DNA of 25,672 bases, taken from a virus (Duplodnaviria > Caudoviricetes). Shown in pieces: positions 15,402 through 24,905 of the stretch (within the stretch, counting starts at the first letter, position 1; each line of letters starts with the position of its first letter). The notes below the pieces were generated by a model. It saw nothing but the letters and a program-made list of their open reading frames with translations, was not told where the DNA came from and did not search any database. The translations under genes and the position numbers were made by a program. Location: IMG/VR virus record IMGVR_UViG_3300018080_000546, positions 1 to 25,672 of that record. One strand, written 5' to 3'.

Positions 15402-15893
15402 TCAGCTTACCGTAGTGCCAGTCCTGATATGGTCACTATCAGACGACGGGCGCGTAGTCGGCTTTTTGATTGCCGTAATGCCAACAACCATGTCGACGCC
15501 GGTTCCGTCTGTGGTTTCGGCGAGTTCAATCCACCAATATCGGGTTTTCGATGGGTCGCTCTGTCCGTCGTTGGTATCCTTTATGGATACGATCTGGACC
15601 TGATCGCCCTCGGTTGTGGCATCGATCTTGGTGAGCGTGCCGTTGTAGTCGGTCTCTTCCGTCCCATTGCTTCCAGTGGGCGTGCTACCAGCCGCCACAT
15701 CCTCATACATCAGCTTGGGCGTCAAGTAGTCGTTGGAATCAGCAGTGGTTACCGTTCCGACGTTGATGATGAACATTGCTCCTTCAGCTTTGTTCAAGTC
15801 AATCGCGTCGGAATACGTAGTTGCTGTGATGTCGTCGGGGTCGAGCAACTGATAGACCTCAACGTCATCATACAGGTCCAGCAATGCAGCCAT
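15402..15893 (-). CDS. Putative capsid decoration / minor head protein
   Basis: Acidic, beta-rich 163-aa protein in the head module; AAGGAG RBS. Confidence 0.6.
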   Translation of the reverse strand: MAALLDLYDDVEVYQLLDPDDITATTYSDAIDLNKAEGAMFIINVGTVTTADSNDYLTPKLMYEDVAAGSTPTGSNGTEETDYNGTLTKIDATTEGDQVQIVSIKDTNDGQSDPSKTRYWWIELAETTDGTGVDMVVGITAIKKPTTRPSSDSDHIRTGTTVS

Positions 15894-15903
15894 TTGTATC
15901 TCC

Positions 15904-16311
15904 TTAGTTCGGGTTCGTTATCAAATAGTTCAGCGTGTCAACGCCTGCCACCGATTTTGTGAACGCAACGCCGCCGTCATACGCCTTCGCGGACGCGTTG
16001 GCGGTGCTATCGCGACAGTTAGCAAGCCCGACCCAAGTCGCATCGCACCCCGTCACAGCAACTGACTCGGGACCAGCGTCGGTAAACGCAAGCAGCCCTG
16101 AGTATGCATACTGCATCGGAGTATTGATGTCGAGCGTGGCTCCTGAATTAATGTCCAGTTCGCCGCCGCTTTCCACGTCGATCTTAGCGCCGTTGCCGAC
16201 GCCGAGAAGAGCGCCTCCGGCAGCGCGGTAGACAACCCCAGCTCGGTCTGCCAGCACGACAGACGCCACAAGGGCAAGAATCGCGCTGGCGATGATGACC
16301 GTTCGTTTCAT
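15904..16311 (-). CDS. Head-module protein with signal-peptide-like N-terminus, possibly head-fibre related
   Basis: ATG 16311 with GGAGG RBS: MKRTVIIASAILALVASVVLA-D, then 'GAKIDVESGGELDINSGATLDI'. Confidence 0.65.
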   Translation of the reverse strand: MKRTVIIASAILALVASVVLADRAGVVYRAAGGALLGVGNGAKIDVESGGELDINSGATLDINTPMQYAYSGLLAFTDAGPESVAVTGCDATWVGLANCRDSTANASAKAYDGGVAFTKSVAGVDTLNYLITNPN

Positions 16312-16323
16312 ACTATCCTCCAA

Positions 16324-17583
16324 TTAGCTGGTCGCGCACTTGAGAACCTGGAACGCACGCGAATCGACAACGCCACCACCAACACGGTAGTAACCAACGA
16401 TTCGCGTCTGTGCGCTCATGTTCTGCGTATACTGGTCAACCTGCGTAAACACGTCGGGATCGTGCAAAAGTTTATAGCCGCGCCTGAAGTCAGCCAGCAC
16501 GATGGGGTATTCGTTTGCACCCTCATCGGGCATGTCAGACCAAATGCGCACGGGCAGGCCCTTGAGCGTGAACGGGTTACCGTCACGAGTGCCCGCCACA
16601 TGGTAATACTGCGAGTCGCCCGTCTTGAGGTTGACGACGCTGGACCACGTGGTAGCGTTCATCCCCCACGAAGCGTTACGCAAGTAAGCGTTGGACCGCT
16701 CGGCAAGCGCTGCAATCATCTCCGCGAGAAAATCGGGGCTCGTGCCGATAGTCGAAGCCGCCCCACTAGCGGTATAGTTCGACTGGACGTTCGTGTCGTT
16801 GATGAAACCAGACGGCGAATAAGAACCGCTGCCTTCAACAACAGCCCGCCCCTCTTTCGCCGGGTAATCCATGCCCCACTTATTGAGGATGTAGCTCTCA
16901 AGGTCGATACGAGCGGTCTTGAGCAGCGCCCACGTAACGTCAGCGGCGAACAAGCCAGCATGCATCTTGATCGACTCGACTCCGAAGGACAGATCGTTAG
17001 TCGATGACTTGGTGCCAGACTCGCCCAGCCACGAGAACGTAGCAGCTGCGGTATCCTTGGCCATGTCCATCACATCACCATCGAACGGTTCGACCGTTAC
17101 TGCCTGACGCACGTCCGACCATGCATACAGATACTCCATCACCCGCTGCGACCACACACGGTTGACGAGCAAACCGCCGGAGGATCCGTCTCCGACCTCC
17201 ATAGCCTTCGATACTTCTTCACCGGCGCTTTTCTTCACCATGTCGAAGTATTCAGGGACAGCAGACTTCAGCTCGCCAACGGAAGCACGCGGGTTCCGCA
17301 CCCATTCGCGGACGGCCTTCATGAAGAGCCCGATTTCTCTTTCGTCTCTGTCCTTCTTACTGCCGCCCTCACGCGCCCTATCCACCTCGGCCTTCAGATG
17401 AGACGCTTCCTTCGCCAGCGCTTCAAGGTCTTTCTGAGACTTCTCGTACTGTTCCTTCAAAAGCGCAACGTCACCCTGCGTCTGCTTCTGCGCCTCGTCC
17501 AGCCGGTCTTTCTGCTCGCGAGACGCGAGGATAGCCTTGTTGATTTCTTCGAGCTTCGTTGCAAGCTCAGTGTGCTCACTCAT
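16324..17583 (-). CDS. Major capsid protein, HK97 fold, with N-terminal coiled-coil delta domain
   Basis: 'GDGSSGGLLV', 'EGRAVVEGSGSYSPSGF', 'TLKGLPVRIWSDMP', 'IVLADFRRGY', 'RVGGGVVDSRAF'; start ATG 17583 with AGGAG RBS. Confidence 0.95.
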   Translation of the reverse strand: MSEHTELATKLEEINKAILASREQKDRLDEAQKQTQGDVALLKEQYEKSQKDLEALAKEASHLKAEVDRAREGGSKKDRDEREIGLFMKAVREWVRNPRASVGELKSAVPEYFDMVKKSAGEEVSKAMEVGDGSSGGLLVNRVWSQRVMEYLYAWSDVRQAVTVEPFDGDVMDMAKDTAAATFSWLGESGTKSSTNDLSFGVESIKMHAGLFAADVTWALLKTARIDLESYILNKWGMDYPAKEGRAVVEGSGSYSPSGFINDTNVQSNYTASGAASTIGTSPDFLAEMIAALAERSNAYLRNASWGMNATTWSSVVNLKTGDSQYYHVAGTRDGNPFTLKGLPVRIWSDMPDEGANEYPIVLADFRRGYKLLHDPDVFTQVDQYTQNMSAQTRIVGYYRVGGGVVDSRAFQVLKCATS

Positions 17584-17587
17584 TGTG

Positions 17588-18211
17588 TCAAAACTCCTGT
17601 TTGATTGTATCCAAGATTGTTCCGGCTGCGTGCAATAGCGGCGCATAGTCCGGTTTTGGCGGCTCCGAGTTCTGGAGTGCCGTATGCCGTATCATGTTTT
17701 CACGTTCAATAACTGCATGTTTTAGTTCTGTTATCCACGTCTGTTCATTTGCAGGGAATGGAGTCAAGGACAACTCCGAAAGCTTCAGTTCTCTGAGGTG
17801 GCGGACCCATTCATTTTCGTTGATCTGTTCTTCGTCGCTCTTGATAACATAGCCGCCGATAGACAGCCCACGAACTGCACCAACCTCGATCTGCGAGTAT
17901 GCGTATCGACACAAATCACTTTCCAGCGGAATTTTCCCGCGCACGAGCAACCCGCGCCCATCTTCCTCTGCGTCAACCTGCACGCCAACGCTCTGCTGCT
18001 TGTTATGTCCCCACAGTATGGGGATCGGACGTGACTCAGACAAGCTCTTTTTGAACGCACCAGGCTCTACAATGTCACCGTATTCATCAACATTCCCGAA
18101 TACGGATGCGTAGCCAGTGAAATATCCGTAACGCCTATTTTCGTTTTCCGGAACATCAGCCTTTTCGACTTTGAACTTATAGTTCCCGATATATGCCTTG
18201 TTTTCGCTCAT
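17588..18211 (-). CDS. HK97-family prohead protease
   Basis: 'FTGYASVFGNVDEYGDIVEPGAF', 'LWGHN', 'GLSIGG', 'LSELSLTPFPANEQT'. Confidence 0.93.
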   Translation of the reverse strand: MSENKAYIGNYKFKVEKADVPENENRRYGYFTGYASVFGNVDEYGDIVEPGAFKKSLSESRPIPILWGHNKQQSVGVQVDAEEDGRGLLVRGKIPLESDLCRYAYSQIEVGAVRGLSIGGYVIKSDEEQINENEWVRHLRELKLSELSLTPFPANEQTWITELKHAVIERENMIRHTALQNSEPPKPDYAPLLHAAGTILDTIKQEF

Positions 18212-18220
18212 GTTTTGCCC

Positions 18221-18949
18221 CTATTCTACGGTGCACCTACAGTTGATGACTTCAGATAGCGGAGCACCTCGCGAGGTGTCGCCGGGAAACATCAGTTCAA
18301 AGCCGCCGACAATAAACGGCTCGCTAGTTCTTACCGTCTGGTTGTGCGCATCTCTATGTGTATCGCGGGTAACATCGTCCATTACCGCCATCCACGTTTT
18401 GTTTGTTATGCCCAGCACATGCCGCGCTGCCAGTATTCCGAGGTTCGACGCTGCTGCAACTATTGTCGCTATTTGCGGGGCGCGTGACTCCATATCCCGT
18501 TCATACGAATCATTCACACCTGTAACCGCTTGCGCAATATCGTCAGCGTCTTCAACTAGCTGAACAATTTTCTTCCGCGTTGTATCGATTATACCACTTG
18601 CACGTCGGTATATCTCACCGGCAGAATAACCTCGAATGAAGTTTGCCCAGCGTGAAACTGTTCGCCGTTTATCATCGTCTGCCTGTTTTCGAAACGCTGT
18701 GGTGTCAATTTCGACGCCTGTCATCACCGCATGGTCATAACTGGCGAACTGTATACCAACGTTGTAATATATCGCATCAAGCGCAGCTGCCCATCTGTCA
18801 TACCGTATCTCTAGCGCTGGCGTATCCCCGTTTCGAATAGCGCTCACGACAACAGAGCGCTCTATCTCCATGACAGCGCGTATTCGGCGCGTTGCCGAGC
18901 CATACCACGGTCTACGCTGGCGCTCTCTAAGTGACGCTGGATTCCTCAT
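18221..18949 (-). CDS. Minor head morphogenesis protein (Mu gpF / SPP1 gp7-like)
   Basis: 'KTWMAVMDDVTRDTH...PFIVGG..LMFPGD...EVINCRCT'. Confidence 0.85.
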   Translation of the reverse strand: MRNPASLRERQRRPWYGSATRRIRAVMEIERSVVVSAIRNGDTPALEIRYDRWAAALDAIYYNVGIQFASYDHAVMTGVEIDTTAFRKQADDDKRRTVSRWANFIRGYSAGEIYRRASGIIDTTRKKIVQLVEDADDIAQAVTGVNDSYERDMESRAPQIATIVAAASNLGILAARHVLGITNKTWMAVMDDVTRDTHRDAHNQTVRTSEPFIVGGFELMFPGDTSRGAPLSEVINCRCTVE

Positions 18950-20172
18950 CCTTTCATCCCATCACCAGAGTATTCCGACGTAGGTATTTGACTCGCGCTT
19001 GGCAAGAATACGTCGCCTCCATCAACCGGCGGCAGCGCCATCAATTCTCGCGCTTCATTTACCGTCATCACACCAGCCGCAACAGCGTCGGTATATCTTG
19101 ACCAACGCATCGCCTCGGCTTCCTGAACAACTTCGAGCTGCGACTTGTCGTATTCAAGCCTGAGCCCGTCTTCGCCATATCTCTTCACAAACTGACGCTG
19201 AAATACGGCTACGATATGATCCAACCACCCAAATACGCATTCTGAGTAAAACGATCTGCGTGCTTCCTGATAGTTGCTATACGTCGCGTTTTCATGGTCG
19301 CCAATAATTTCAGGCGGCACGTTGAGCACGCTGCATATATCGCGGCGTGAACCGGTGCGCGCATCGTCCCATTCGGCGTCGCGAGGCCTGTCAGGCGTCT
19401 CAGTGACAGTCATCCCGTTAGATAGTATCCACGGGTTGTTCAGGCCAGCCCTTCCGTTCGACTTGCGCATCTGTTCAAGCAGGTCTTCCATCTGAGCGCG
19501 TGACAGATGCTGGTCCGTGTGTAGTATGCTTGAAGCTGTTGGCAAGTGTCGTATGCGGTCTACATTCCAGCGCTTTGACTCGTTGTTCAGGTCAATGTCG
19601 AGCGCTGCTGCTCGAATGTCTGGACTACTCGACAAACTATCAGTCATGCCCGGCATGCGTGCCCATACAACACGGTCGGCGCTGAATCTCTGACGGTCAC
19701 TATCTCCCTTGTCGCCGTACCAAAATGCAGTCACTTGACCGCGACTGTTGGTAACTGGCTCCATCTTGTCAGGTCGAAGCCGCTGTATCTCAGACGGCGG
19801 CCTGTTGGCGAACGCCCCGTTCAGCAGGAAGAACGCATCGCCATGAGCAATGATGTCAACGACGAACCATCGCACAATGTCCCGATACATCACGTATTCG
19901 GACGGCCACCTAATCAACTCTAGCAACTGGTGATTTTCTAGTGTCTCATCACGAGAATTACGCATTATTAGCGGCACAGCGGACGCGCTCAGCACTATTT
20001 CGTTTATGCAGGCTCTAACCGCAGCGTTGCTTTCGTATCCCTGCTCGATCGAGTCGGCGTATGAAACACGCGCTCCTCTGGACAAGTCGCCAGTTTTCCA
20101 TGCGGCGATAATTGCCGAAATGTCAACGGCATCCTTCTGCACAAAGTCTTGATGCCATGCGTCTATAATCAT
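18946..20172 (-). CDS. Portal protein, HK97 family
   Basis: 'AVRACINEIVLSASAVPL', 'GDAFF', 'LRPDKM', 'ICSVLNVPPEIIG..NATYSN', 'GVMTVNEARELMALPP'. Confidence 0.93.
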   Translation of the reverse strand: MIIDAWHQDFVQKDAVDISAIIAAWKTGDLSRGARVSYADSIEQGYESNAAVRACINEIVLSASAVPLIMRNSRDETLENHQLLELIRWPSEYVMYRDIVRWFVVDIIAHGDAFFLLNGAFANRPPSEIQRLRPDKMEPVTNSRGQVTAFWYGDKGDSDRQRFSADRVVWARMPGMTDSLSSSPDIRAAALDIDLNNESKRWNVDRIRHLPTASSILHTDQHLSRAQMEDLLEQMRKSNGRAGLNNPWILSNGMTVTETPDRPRDAEWDDARTGSRRDICSVLNVPPEIIGDHENATYSNYQEARRSFYSECVFGWLDHIVAVFQRQFVKRYGEDGLRLEYDKSQLEVVQEAEAMRWSRYTDAVAAGVMTVNEARELMALPPVDGGDVFLPSASQIPTSEYSGDGMKG

Positions 20173-21587
20173 CAGCTCATAGCCCTGTTGATTGCGCCTG
20201 TTATCCAGTCGTCATCCGGCGCACGAACCACCACGTCGCCGTGCCCGTAGTGTAGTGCATGCGTCGCCCATACGAAAGCGTCCATCCTGTTCGGCGACCA
20301 TTTGCTGCGGCGAGGTATCCATTGCGTCATTTCTTCCTCTAGCTCTTTGTGGACGCCGACGAACTTGATCTTACCAAGCCTCATCAGTGACGCTATGGGT
20401 TGCGCTCTTGCCTCTTTGTTGTCGCTTGCCCTGAAGTTTTCGACGCGAAGGCTCGGCGCTTCCTCCGCGAGAACTGACCGCCACACATCGCCACCGAAGT
20501 TATCCTCAACGGCAACAAACGCATCGCGAGCTTCAAACTGTCTCGTGGTGTCAACAGTTGCTATAGCCCAACCGTTTTCTGTGTATGATCCGCTGTTATC
20601 TAGCAGAACGTAGAGAATACCATCGACGCCTTGGCCAACAGCCACTATACCCTGCTCGTCTGCCCCTGTTTGTCCGCCGGACGGGTCCAGCCCTACGCAT
20701 ACGACTCGTAGCTTGCACGGTAGTTTGTCCACCCTTGCGCCATTTATCATATTCTCAGTGAACACAGCGCCTGCAACGTCAAGGCGCGGTCGCTGTTGAC
20801 ATAGCGCGCTGAACCAGAACCTTCCTAGCTCGCGCTCCATGCGCTCAAGGCGGTCGCCATCGAACCGCTCCGGCCACAACGGCTCTCCGACAGCGCGCCC
20901 CAGCGGGTCGTTTTCTTCTGCAAACGCTGGCAAATTGACCGTTGTCCATTTATCGGCATCCGGATTATGATCCGGGTCATCTATGCGCCCGGCGAGGTCG
21001 TCAGGATGCCAGCGCGTCATGATAACAATCACTGTAGCGTCTGGTTCGAGTCGAGATAGTGCGGTAGCCTGAAACCAGCGCCACACCTTGTCACGATACG
21101 TCTTCGACAGTGCCTCTTGGTCATTCTTTATCGGATCATCGATAATCAACAAATGAGCGCCGCGCCCGGTAATTGATCCACCGACGCCAGTGCTGCGCAT
21201 CTTGCCGCCACGAGACGTGCGCCACATCCCTTGCGCCATCTTCATGCGCTCTGGCTGGACGCCGAACACCTCCATCCCGTGCTCGGTGAGCATGTCCCGA
21301 ACTTCACCGCCGAACTCCTCGGAGAAAGACGCGCCGTGCGTGGTAAGTATCACTTCGTTCTTCGGGCGTCTGCCAAGATACCAAGCGGGAAGGGCCTTGC
21401 TGCATAGCATCGACTTGCCGTGCCGAACTGGGCAATGTATCTTGATGCGCTTGGCATTGGAGGCTGGGTGACATGCCTTGACGAGCAGTTCGTCAATCAT
21501 GGCAATGTGGCGCGGAATGAGAAACTGCCCACCTGTTGCGTGAGCAGCGAATGAAGCGGGCGAGAATGTCCCCACGTGTGTTATCAA
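20172..21587 (-). CDS. terL: Terminase large subunit
   Basis: Walker A 'CPVRHGKS', 'GVGGSITGRGAHLLIIDDP' (Walker B), 'IMTRWHPDDLAG', nuclease acidic motifs 'GLDPS' and 'PNRMDA'. Confidence 0.93.
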   Translation of the reverse strand: MITHVGTFSPASFAAHATGGQFLIPRHIAMIDELLVKACHPASNAKRIKIHCPVRHGKSMLCSKALPAWYLGRRPKNEVILTTHGASFSEEFGGEVRDMLTEHGMEVFGVQPERMKMAQGMWRTSRGGKMRSTGVGGSITGRGAHLLIIDDPIKNDQEALSKTYRDKVWRWFQATALSRLEPDATVIVIMTRWHPDDLAGRIDDPDHNPDADKWTTVNLPAFAEENDPLGRAVGEPLWPERFDGDRLERMERELGRFWFSALCQQRPRLDVAGAVFTENMINGARVDKLPCKLRVVCVGLDPSGGQTGADEQGIVAVGQGVDGILYVLLDNSGSYTENGWAIATVDTTRQFEARDAFVAVEDNFGGDVWRSVLAEEAPSLRVENFRASDNKEARAQPIASLMRLGKIKFVGVHKELEEEMTQWIPRRSKWSPNRMDAFVWATHALHYGHGDVVVRAPDDDWITGAINRAMS

Positions 21588-21588
21588 G

Positions 21589-21783
21589 TTATTCTTCCTG
21601 CCGATTTAGCCACCAACAGCATTCCTCGTCATCGGTAGTGATAAACTGCTCCGTTATCTTCCACGAAGAGTCTACGCTAGCGCCTGCTATCGCCTCGGTC
21701 AGGTCACGTATGCAACAGTTCATTTCCTCGACAGCAGACGTAAGCCGCTCAATCGCCTTCAGCTGTTCGGCGTTATCATCCAT
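21589..21783 (-). CDS. Small hypothetical protein, 64 aa
   Basis: ATG 21783 (MDDNAEQLKAIERL...) overlaps the terS stop and fills the gap to terL. Confidence 0.55.
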   Translation of the reverse strand: MDDNAEQLKAIERLTSAVEEMNCCIRDLTEAIAGASVDSSWKITEQFITTDDEECCWWLNRQEE

Positions 21784-22201
21784 TGCCGCCCCTTTTCGCA
21801 GCCTTCTGGCCAAGCCTGGCAAGCGTCGCTTGTTCTTCTGTTGACAGGTTGTCGAGTGCTTCCACCTCTTCGGCTTTTCCCGCGTCCCCTTCGTCAATCC
21901 GAGGCTCGCGTTTCCCCCACCGGTCGGGCCTGCGGCGCTCAAGCCACCATGCCGAAGCCGTCCACGTGCCATCTAGCGCGATAGTCCTGATGTTCGCAAC
22001 CTGTTCCGCCTCTGCCGCAGCCTTTGCCTCTTTTACGTCGTTCTGAAACTCCACATAAACAGGCCGTTCATCATTCATCCACCGGTGAAACGCTGTCGTG
22101 CTTATTCCAGATGCTTCAGCGGCAGTTTGCTGCGTGTTCCCCTCTCGCAACAGTTGGATAATCTTGTCGCGCTTTTCTTTTATCTTGGGCTTTCTGCCCA
22201 T
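21776..22201 (-). CDS. terS: Terminase small subunit (HTH)
   Basis: 'MGRKPKI...IIQLLREGNTQQTAAEASGISTTAFHRW', 'WTASAWWLERRRPDRWGK'; upstream of terL. Confidence 0.8.
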   Translation of the reverse strand: MGRKPKIKEKRDKIIQLLREGNTQQTAAEASGISTTAFHRWMNDERPVYVEFQNDVKEAKAAAEAEQVANIRTIALDGTWTASAWWLERRRPDRWGKREPRIDEGDAGKAEEVEALDNLSTEEQATLARLGQKAAKRGGNG

Positions 22202-22446
22202 CAGTTGAGTACCTTCTCGGCTATAACCGCCAGCACTACCAGATACGACGCGAGCAGGTAGATTCCGGCGCTGGTCGCCGCCCTCGAAGCCGCCTTCTCA
22301 ATACGCGCAACGGCTTCTTCGCTCTGGACCTTGCGGAAGCGATTAAACAGCGACGGAGACAGCCAGTCAACAACGGTCGCCGTAGCCACGCACCCGATTA
22401 TTACAGCGGCGAATATAGCCGTTATGTAAACAAACAACCCGATCAT
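22201..22446 (-). CDS. Small membrane protein (2 TM)
   Basis: Two hydrophobic segments; overlaps both neighbours. Confidence 0.65.
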   Translation of the reverse strand: MIGLFVYITAIFAAVIIGCVATATVVDWLSPSLFNRFRKVQSEEAVARIEKAASRAATSAGIYLLASYLVVLAVIAEKVLN

Positions 22447-22814
22447 TCTTTCTCCTTGAACAACGCATAAAGACCGTTCAGCGTGTCGAGCAGGTTCTCG
22501 CGTTCCGCTTCGTTCAGCATGTCAACTCTGTTGCAATTTCTGTTGATTTCGCACCACCACTCAGCTTCGTCGCTACGCCGCCCGAGCTGCGCCAAATAGC
22601 CCAACATAGCCAACCGATGCGTGTCGTTGCCCAACCACCATGCGCACAGACGCCTCAATCTGGCGTCTCGTCCCATCTCATTCAGAGTCGTTTTGCTGAA
22701 CGTTATGCCATCTGCTGGGTCGTTGTCGTTGATTATTGAATCAACTATCGGCACAGAAGCCTCGTCTTTGTTTAGTGCTGGTAATCCTGTTTCGCAGTAT
22801 ACGGAAATAACCAA
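22443..22814 (-). CDS. Hypothetical protein
   Basis: Fits operon packing; start uncertain. Confidence 0.55.
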   Translation of the reverse strand: MVISVYCETGLPALNKDEASVPIVDSIINDNDPADGITFSKTTLNEMGRDARLRRLCAWWLGNDTHRLAMLGYLAQLGRRSDEAEWWCEINRNCNRVDMLNEAERENLLDTLNGLYALFKEKE

Positions 22815-22820
22815 CCAGCG

Positions 22821-23027
22821 TCAAGGGCTACCAGTTATCATCACACGGATAACGTCTGCCGCGTCGAACGCGCTACCTACAGCTATAACAGCGAGCGCTA
22901 TTCCGATCACGAACAATAACGCATAATCTCCTGTTTCTTTTCCTTTTGCCGCTTCGGTTATGTACATGCCTGCCAGTATGCCAGTCGTAAGCATCGTAAA
23001 CAGTATGAACACAGTTTCTTTGACCAT
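22821..23027 (-). CDS. Small membrane protein (2 TM)
   Basis: Two hydrophobic helices; GAGG RBS. Confidence 0.6.
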   Translation of the reverse strand: MVKETVFILFTMLTTGILAGMYITEAAKGKETGDYALLFVIGIALAVIAVGSAFDAADVIRVMITGSP

Positions 23028-23030
23028 GTG

Positions 23031-23546
23031 TCAGTGTCCCCTCTTTGTCATCTCTACGCAGTAGTCTTTGCCGCTTGCCGTTATCGCAACTGCCAGCGCA
23101 TCGCTCGCGTTCAGGTCGATGTGGTCGATGTGGTCGGCGTTTTCGATATCTACCCAGAGCGTCAGCGCCGTGCGCACGCTTTCCTTGGTTGCGTTTCCGC
23201 GCCCACACACAGCGAGCTTTGCTTCTTTCGGCGCTATTTCGACAAGTGCCGCATCGAACTCCGCTGCCAGTATTTCAGCTATTGCTTTCGCCTCTCCAAT
23301 GGCAATACTTGTCTTTTTGTTTGCCTTGCCAACGTATCCAGACTCAACGGCTACTATGTCCGGCTGTTCGGCCTTTATGATTCTTCGCAGCTTCACGAAC
23401 AGACCGTAAAGTCGCTCGTGTCTATGACGCCCCTGCGGCTCCGACAAGACCCCGACATTCGGAACGTCGAGGCCCTTGTCGATTGACGATATGAGCACAG
23501 CGTAGCCCATATGTATGGTCCCGGGATCGATGCCGATTATTTTCAC
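23031..23546 (-). CDS. ruvC: Holliday junction resolvase RuvC
   Basis: 'IIGIDPG..HMGYAV', 'PDIVAVES', 'KLAVCGRGNATKESV', 'ASDALAVAI'. Confidence 0.93.
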   Translation of the reverse strand: MKIIGIDPGTIHMGYAVLISSIDKGLDVPNVGVLSEPQGRHRHERLYGLFVKLRRIIKAEQPDIVAVESGYVGKANKKTSIAIGEAKAIAEILAAEFDAALVEIAPKEAKLAVCGRGNATKESVRTALTLWVDIENADHIDHIDLNASDALAVAITASGKDYCVEMTKRGH

Positions 23547-24007
23547 GCGTCCTCCCTAGTCAGGCCCTTAGCGCGCAGTAAACACGATGTCATAACTATT
23601 GACTCATCGTATATTTTCGCGCCTGACAAAGCGCACATCACGTGGTCATCGCCGTGATAACGTATTGCTATGCACTCTTCACATGACTTGGGCAGCTTGA
23701 CAAACTGCGAGGCGTTGCCTTGCGAGCATTTGCGAGACGCCTCGACCATGTCGTCATCGAGCTCGTCCAGGTCGTCGCACTTACGCTCTATTGTGGCCGA
23801 CAATCTGAGCGTAAGTTCATTTTCATCGTCGCACAACTCCATCGAGTAAACCCACGCTTCGTCGAAGACGGTTCCTGTGGTAACGCCATCGCAACACAGT
23901 ATGTCGTCAAGAAACTGCTGGGTATACCGATGGACATGCTCTCTTTGTGAGTCATCTTTCATTTGTGTTGCCCTGTCCTTGTAATTCGCGACAAACAGCT
24001 TAGTCAT
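23543..24007 (-). CDS. Hypothetical protein with C-terminal Cys cluster
   Basis: ATG 24007 with GGAGG RBS; 'LPKSCEEC...CAL...CLL'. Confidence 0.6.
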   Translation of the reverse strand: MTKLFVANYKDRATQMKDDSQREHVHRYTQQFLDDILCCDGVTTGTVFDEAWVYSMELCDDENELTLRLSATIERKCDDLDELDDDMVEASRKCSQGNASQFVKLPKSCEECIAIRYHGDDHVMCALSGAKIYDESIVMTSCLLRAKGLTREDA

Positions 24008-24134
24008 CGTCTTTCCTCCGCATTTCCAGCCACGCGAACACCAACCACAGCGCTTCGAGGGCACCAATCACAAAAACCATTCCGACCGCTACCGCTCCAG
24101 CTGCATAAAGCAGCGTGTAAATCCATTCGCTCAT
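24000..24134 (-). CDS. Small membrane protein, 44 aa (absent from the ORF track)
   Basis: MSEWIYTLLYAAGAVAVGMVFVIGALEALWLVFAWLEMRRKDDD*; ATGA overlap with the upstream gene, AAGGA RBS. Confidence 0.6.
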   Translation of the reverse strand: MSEWIYTLLYAAGAVAVGMVFVIGALEALWLVFAWLEMRRKDDD

Positions 24135-24412
24135 GTTGTTTCCTTTATCCATGAAATCGGTAGCCAGGTTTTACCGCCTGTCGAGTTTATTACAACGAGA
24201 AACATTTCCGTCCATGTCTTATCTACTGACCACACCTCGATTGCCGACAAGTGTCCTTCGCGTGGCGAAGTGAAACCGACGACGTATTTGCCCATGCGGC
24301 GCTCGTTGCTAACCAAAGACGCGATAACACTTCGCAACTCTGCTACACTGTGTGCAACTGCAACTAATCCATTTTGGGGATTGTCCGAAACATCCACAAC
24401 ATCAAACGTCAT
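24131..24412 (-). CDS. Hypothetical protein, 93 aa
   Basis: 3' part of ORF 24131-24646 that does not overlap ssb; ATG 24412. Confidence 0.5.
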   Translation of the reverse strand: MTFDVVDVSDNPQNGLVAVAHSVAELRSVIASLVSNERRMGKYVVGFTSPREGHLSAIEVWSVDKTWTEMFLVVINSTGGKTWLPISWIKETT

Positions 24413-24422
24413 GTTATCATGC

Positions 24423-24872
24423 TCAGAACGGCAGATCGCTTGCGTCGTCGTCATCTTCGTTCCTGTTTGTGTGCGGTTGTTCTTTGCTCTTCGAGGGCGG
24501 CCTTTCGCGCCGGTTGTCACGGTCTTCACTTCCTGTTGATCTACCGTCCCCGAGAAATTGCACAGTCTCACACGTAATCTCTGTGGCTTTGCGCTGGTTA
24601 CCGTCTCTGTCGTCATACGTGCGCGTGCCAAGCCTGCCCTCGACATAAACGGGGCTGCCCTTGTAGAGATACTTGTGCGCCACCTCTGCGGTCTTGCCCC
24701 AGCACACTACATTGTGCCATTCTGTTTCTGTCTGCTGGTTGTTGTCGCGGTCTCTGTATTTACGAGACGTTGCAAGGCTGAACCTGCATAGCGACGTGCC
24801 GGACTGTAGCGTGTGAAGCTCGGGGTCTTTGCCAAGGTTGCCGATAAGCATCACTTTGTTCAGGTGCGCCAT
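24423..24872 (-). CDS. ssb: Single-stranded DNA-binding protein
   Basis: 'LNKVMLIGNLGKDPE', 'TEWHNVVCWGKTAE', 'KGSPVYVEGRL', acidic tail ending 'DLPF'. Confidence 0.97.
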   Translation of the reverse strand: MAHLNKVMLIGNLGKDPELHTLQSGTSLCRFSLATSRKYRDRDNNQQTETEWHNVVCWGKTAEVAHKYLYKGSPVYVEGRLGTRTYDDRDGNQRKATEITCETVQFLGDGRSTGSEDRDNRRERPPSKSKEQPHTNRNEDDDDASDLPF

Positions 24873-24905
24873 TTCGCTTCCCTCCATGTTTTCGCTGTAA
24901 CGTCG

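Noticed and set aside
23031-23546. RuvC as a Cas12/TnpB-like nuclease partner of the RAMP system
   Set aside because: It is an ordinary stand-alone 171-aa Holliday junction resolvase, 20 kb away in the replication/packaging region
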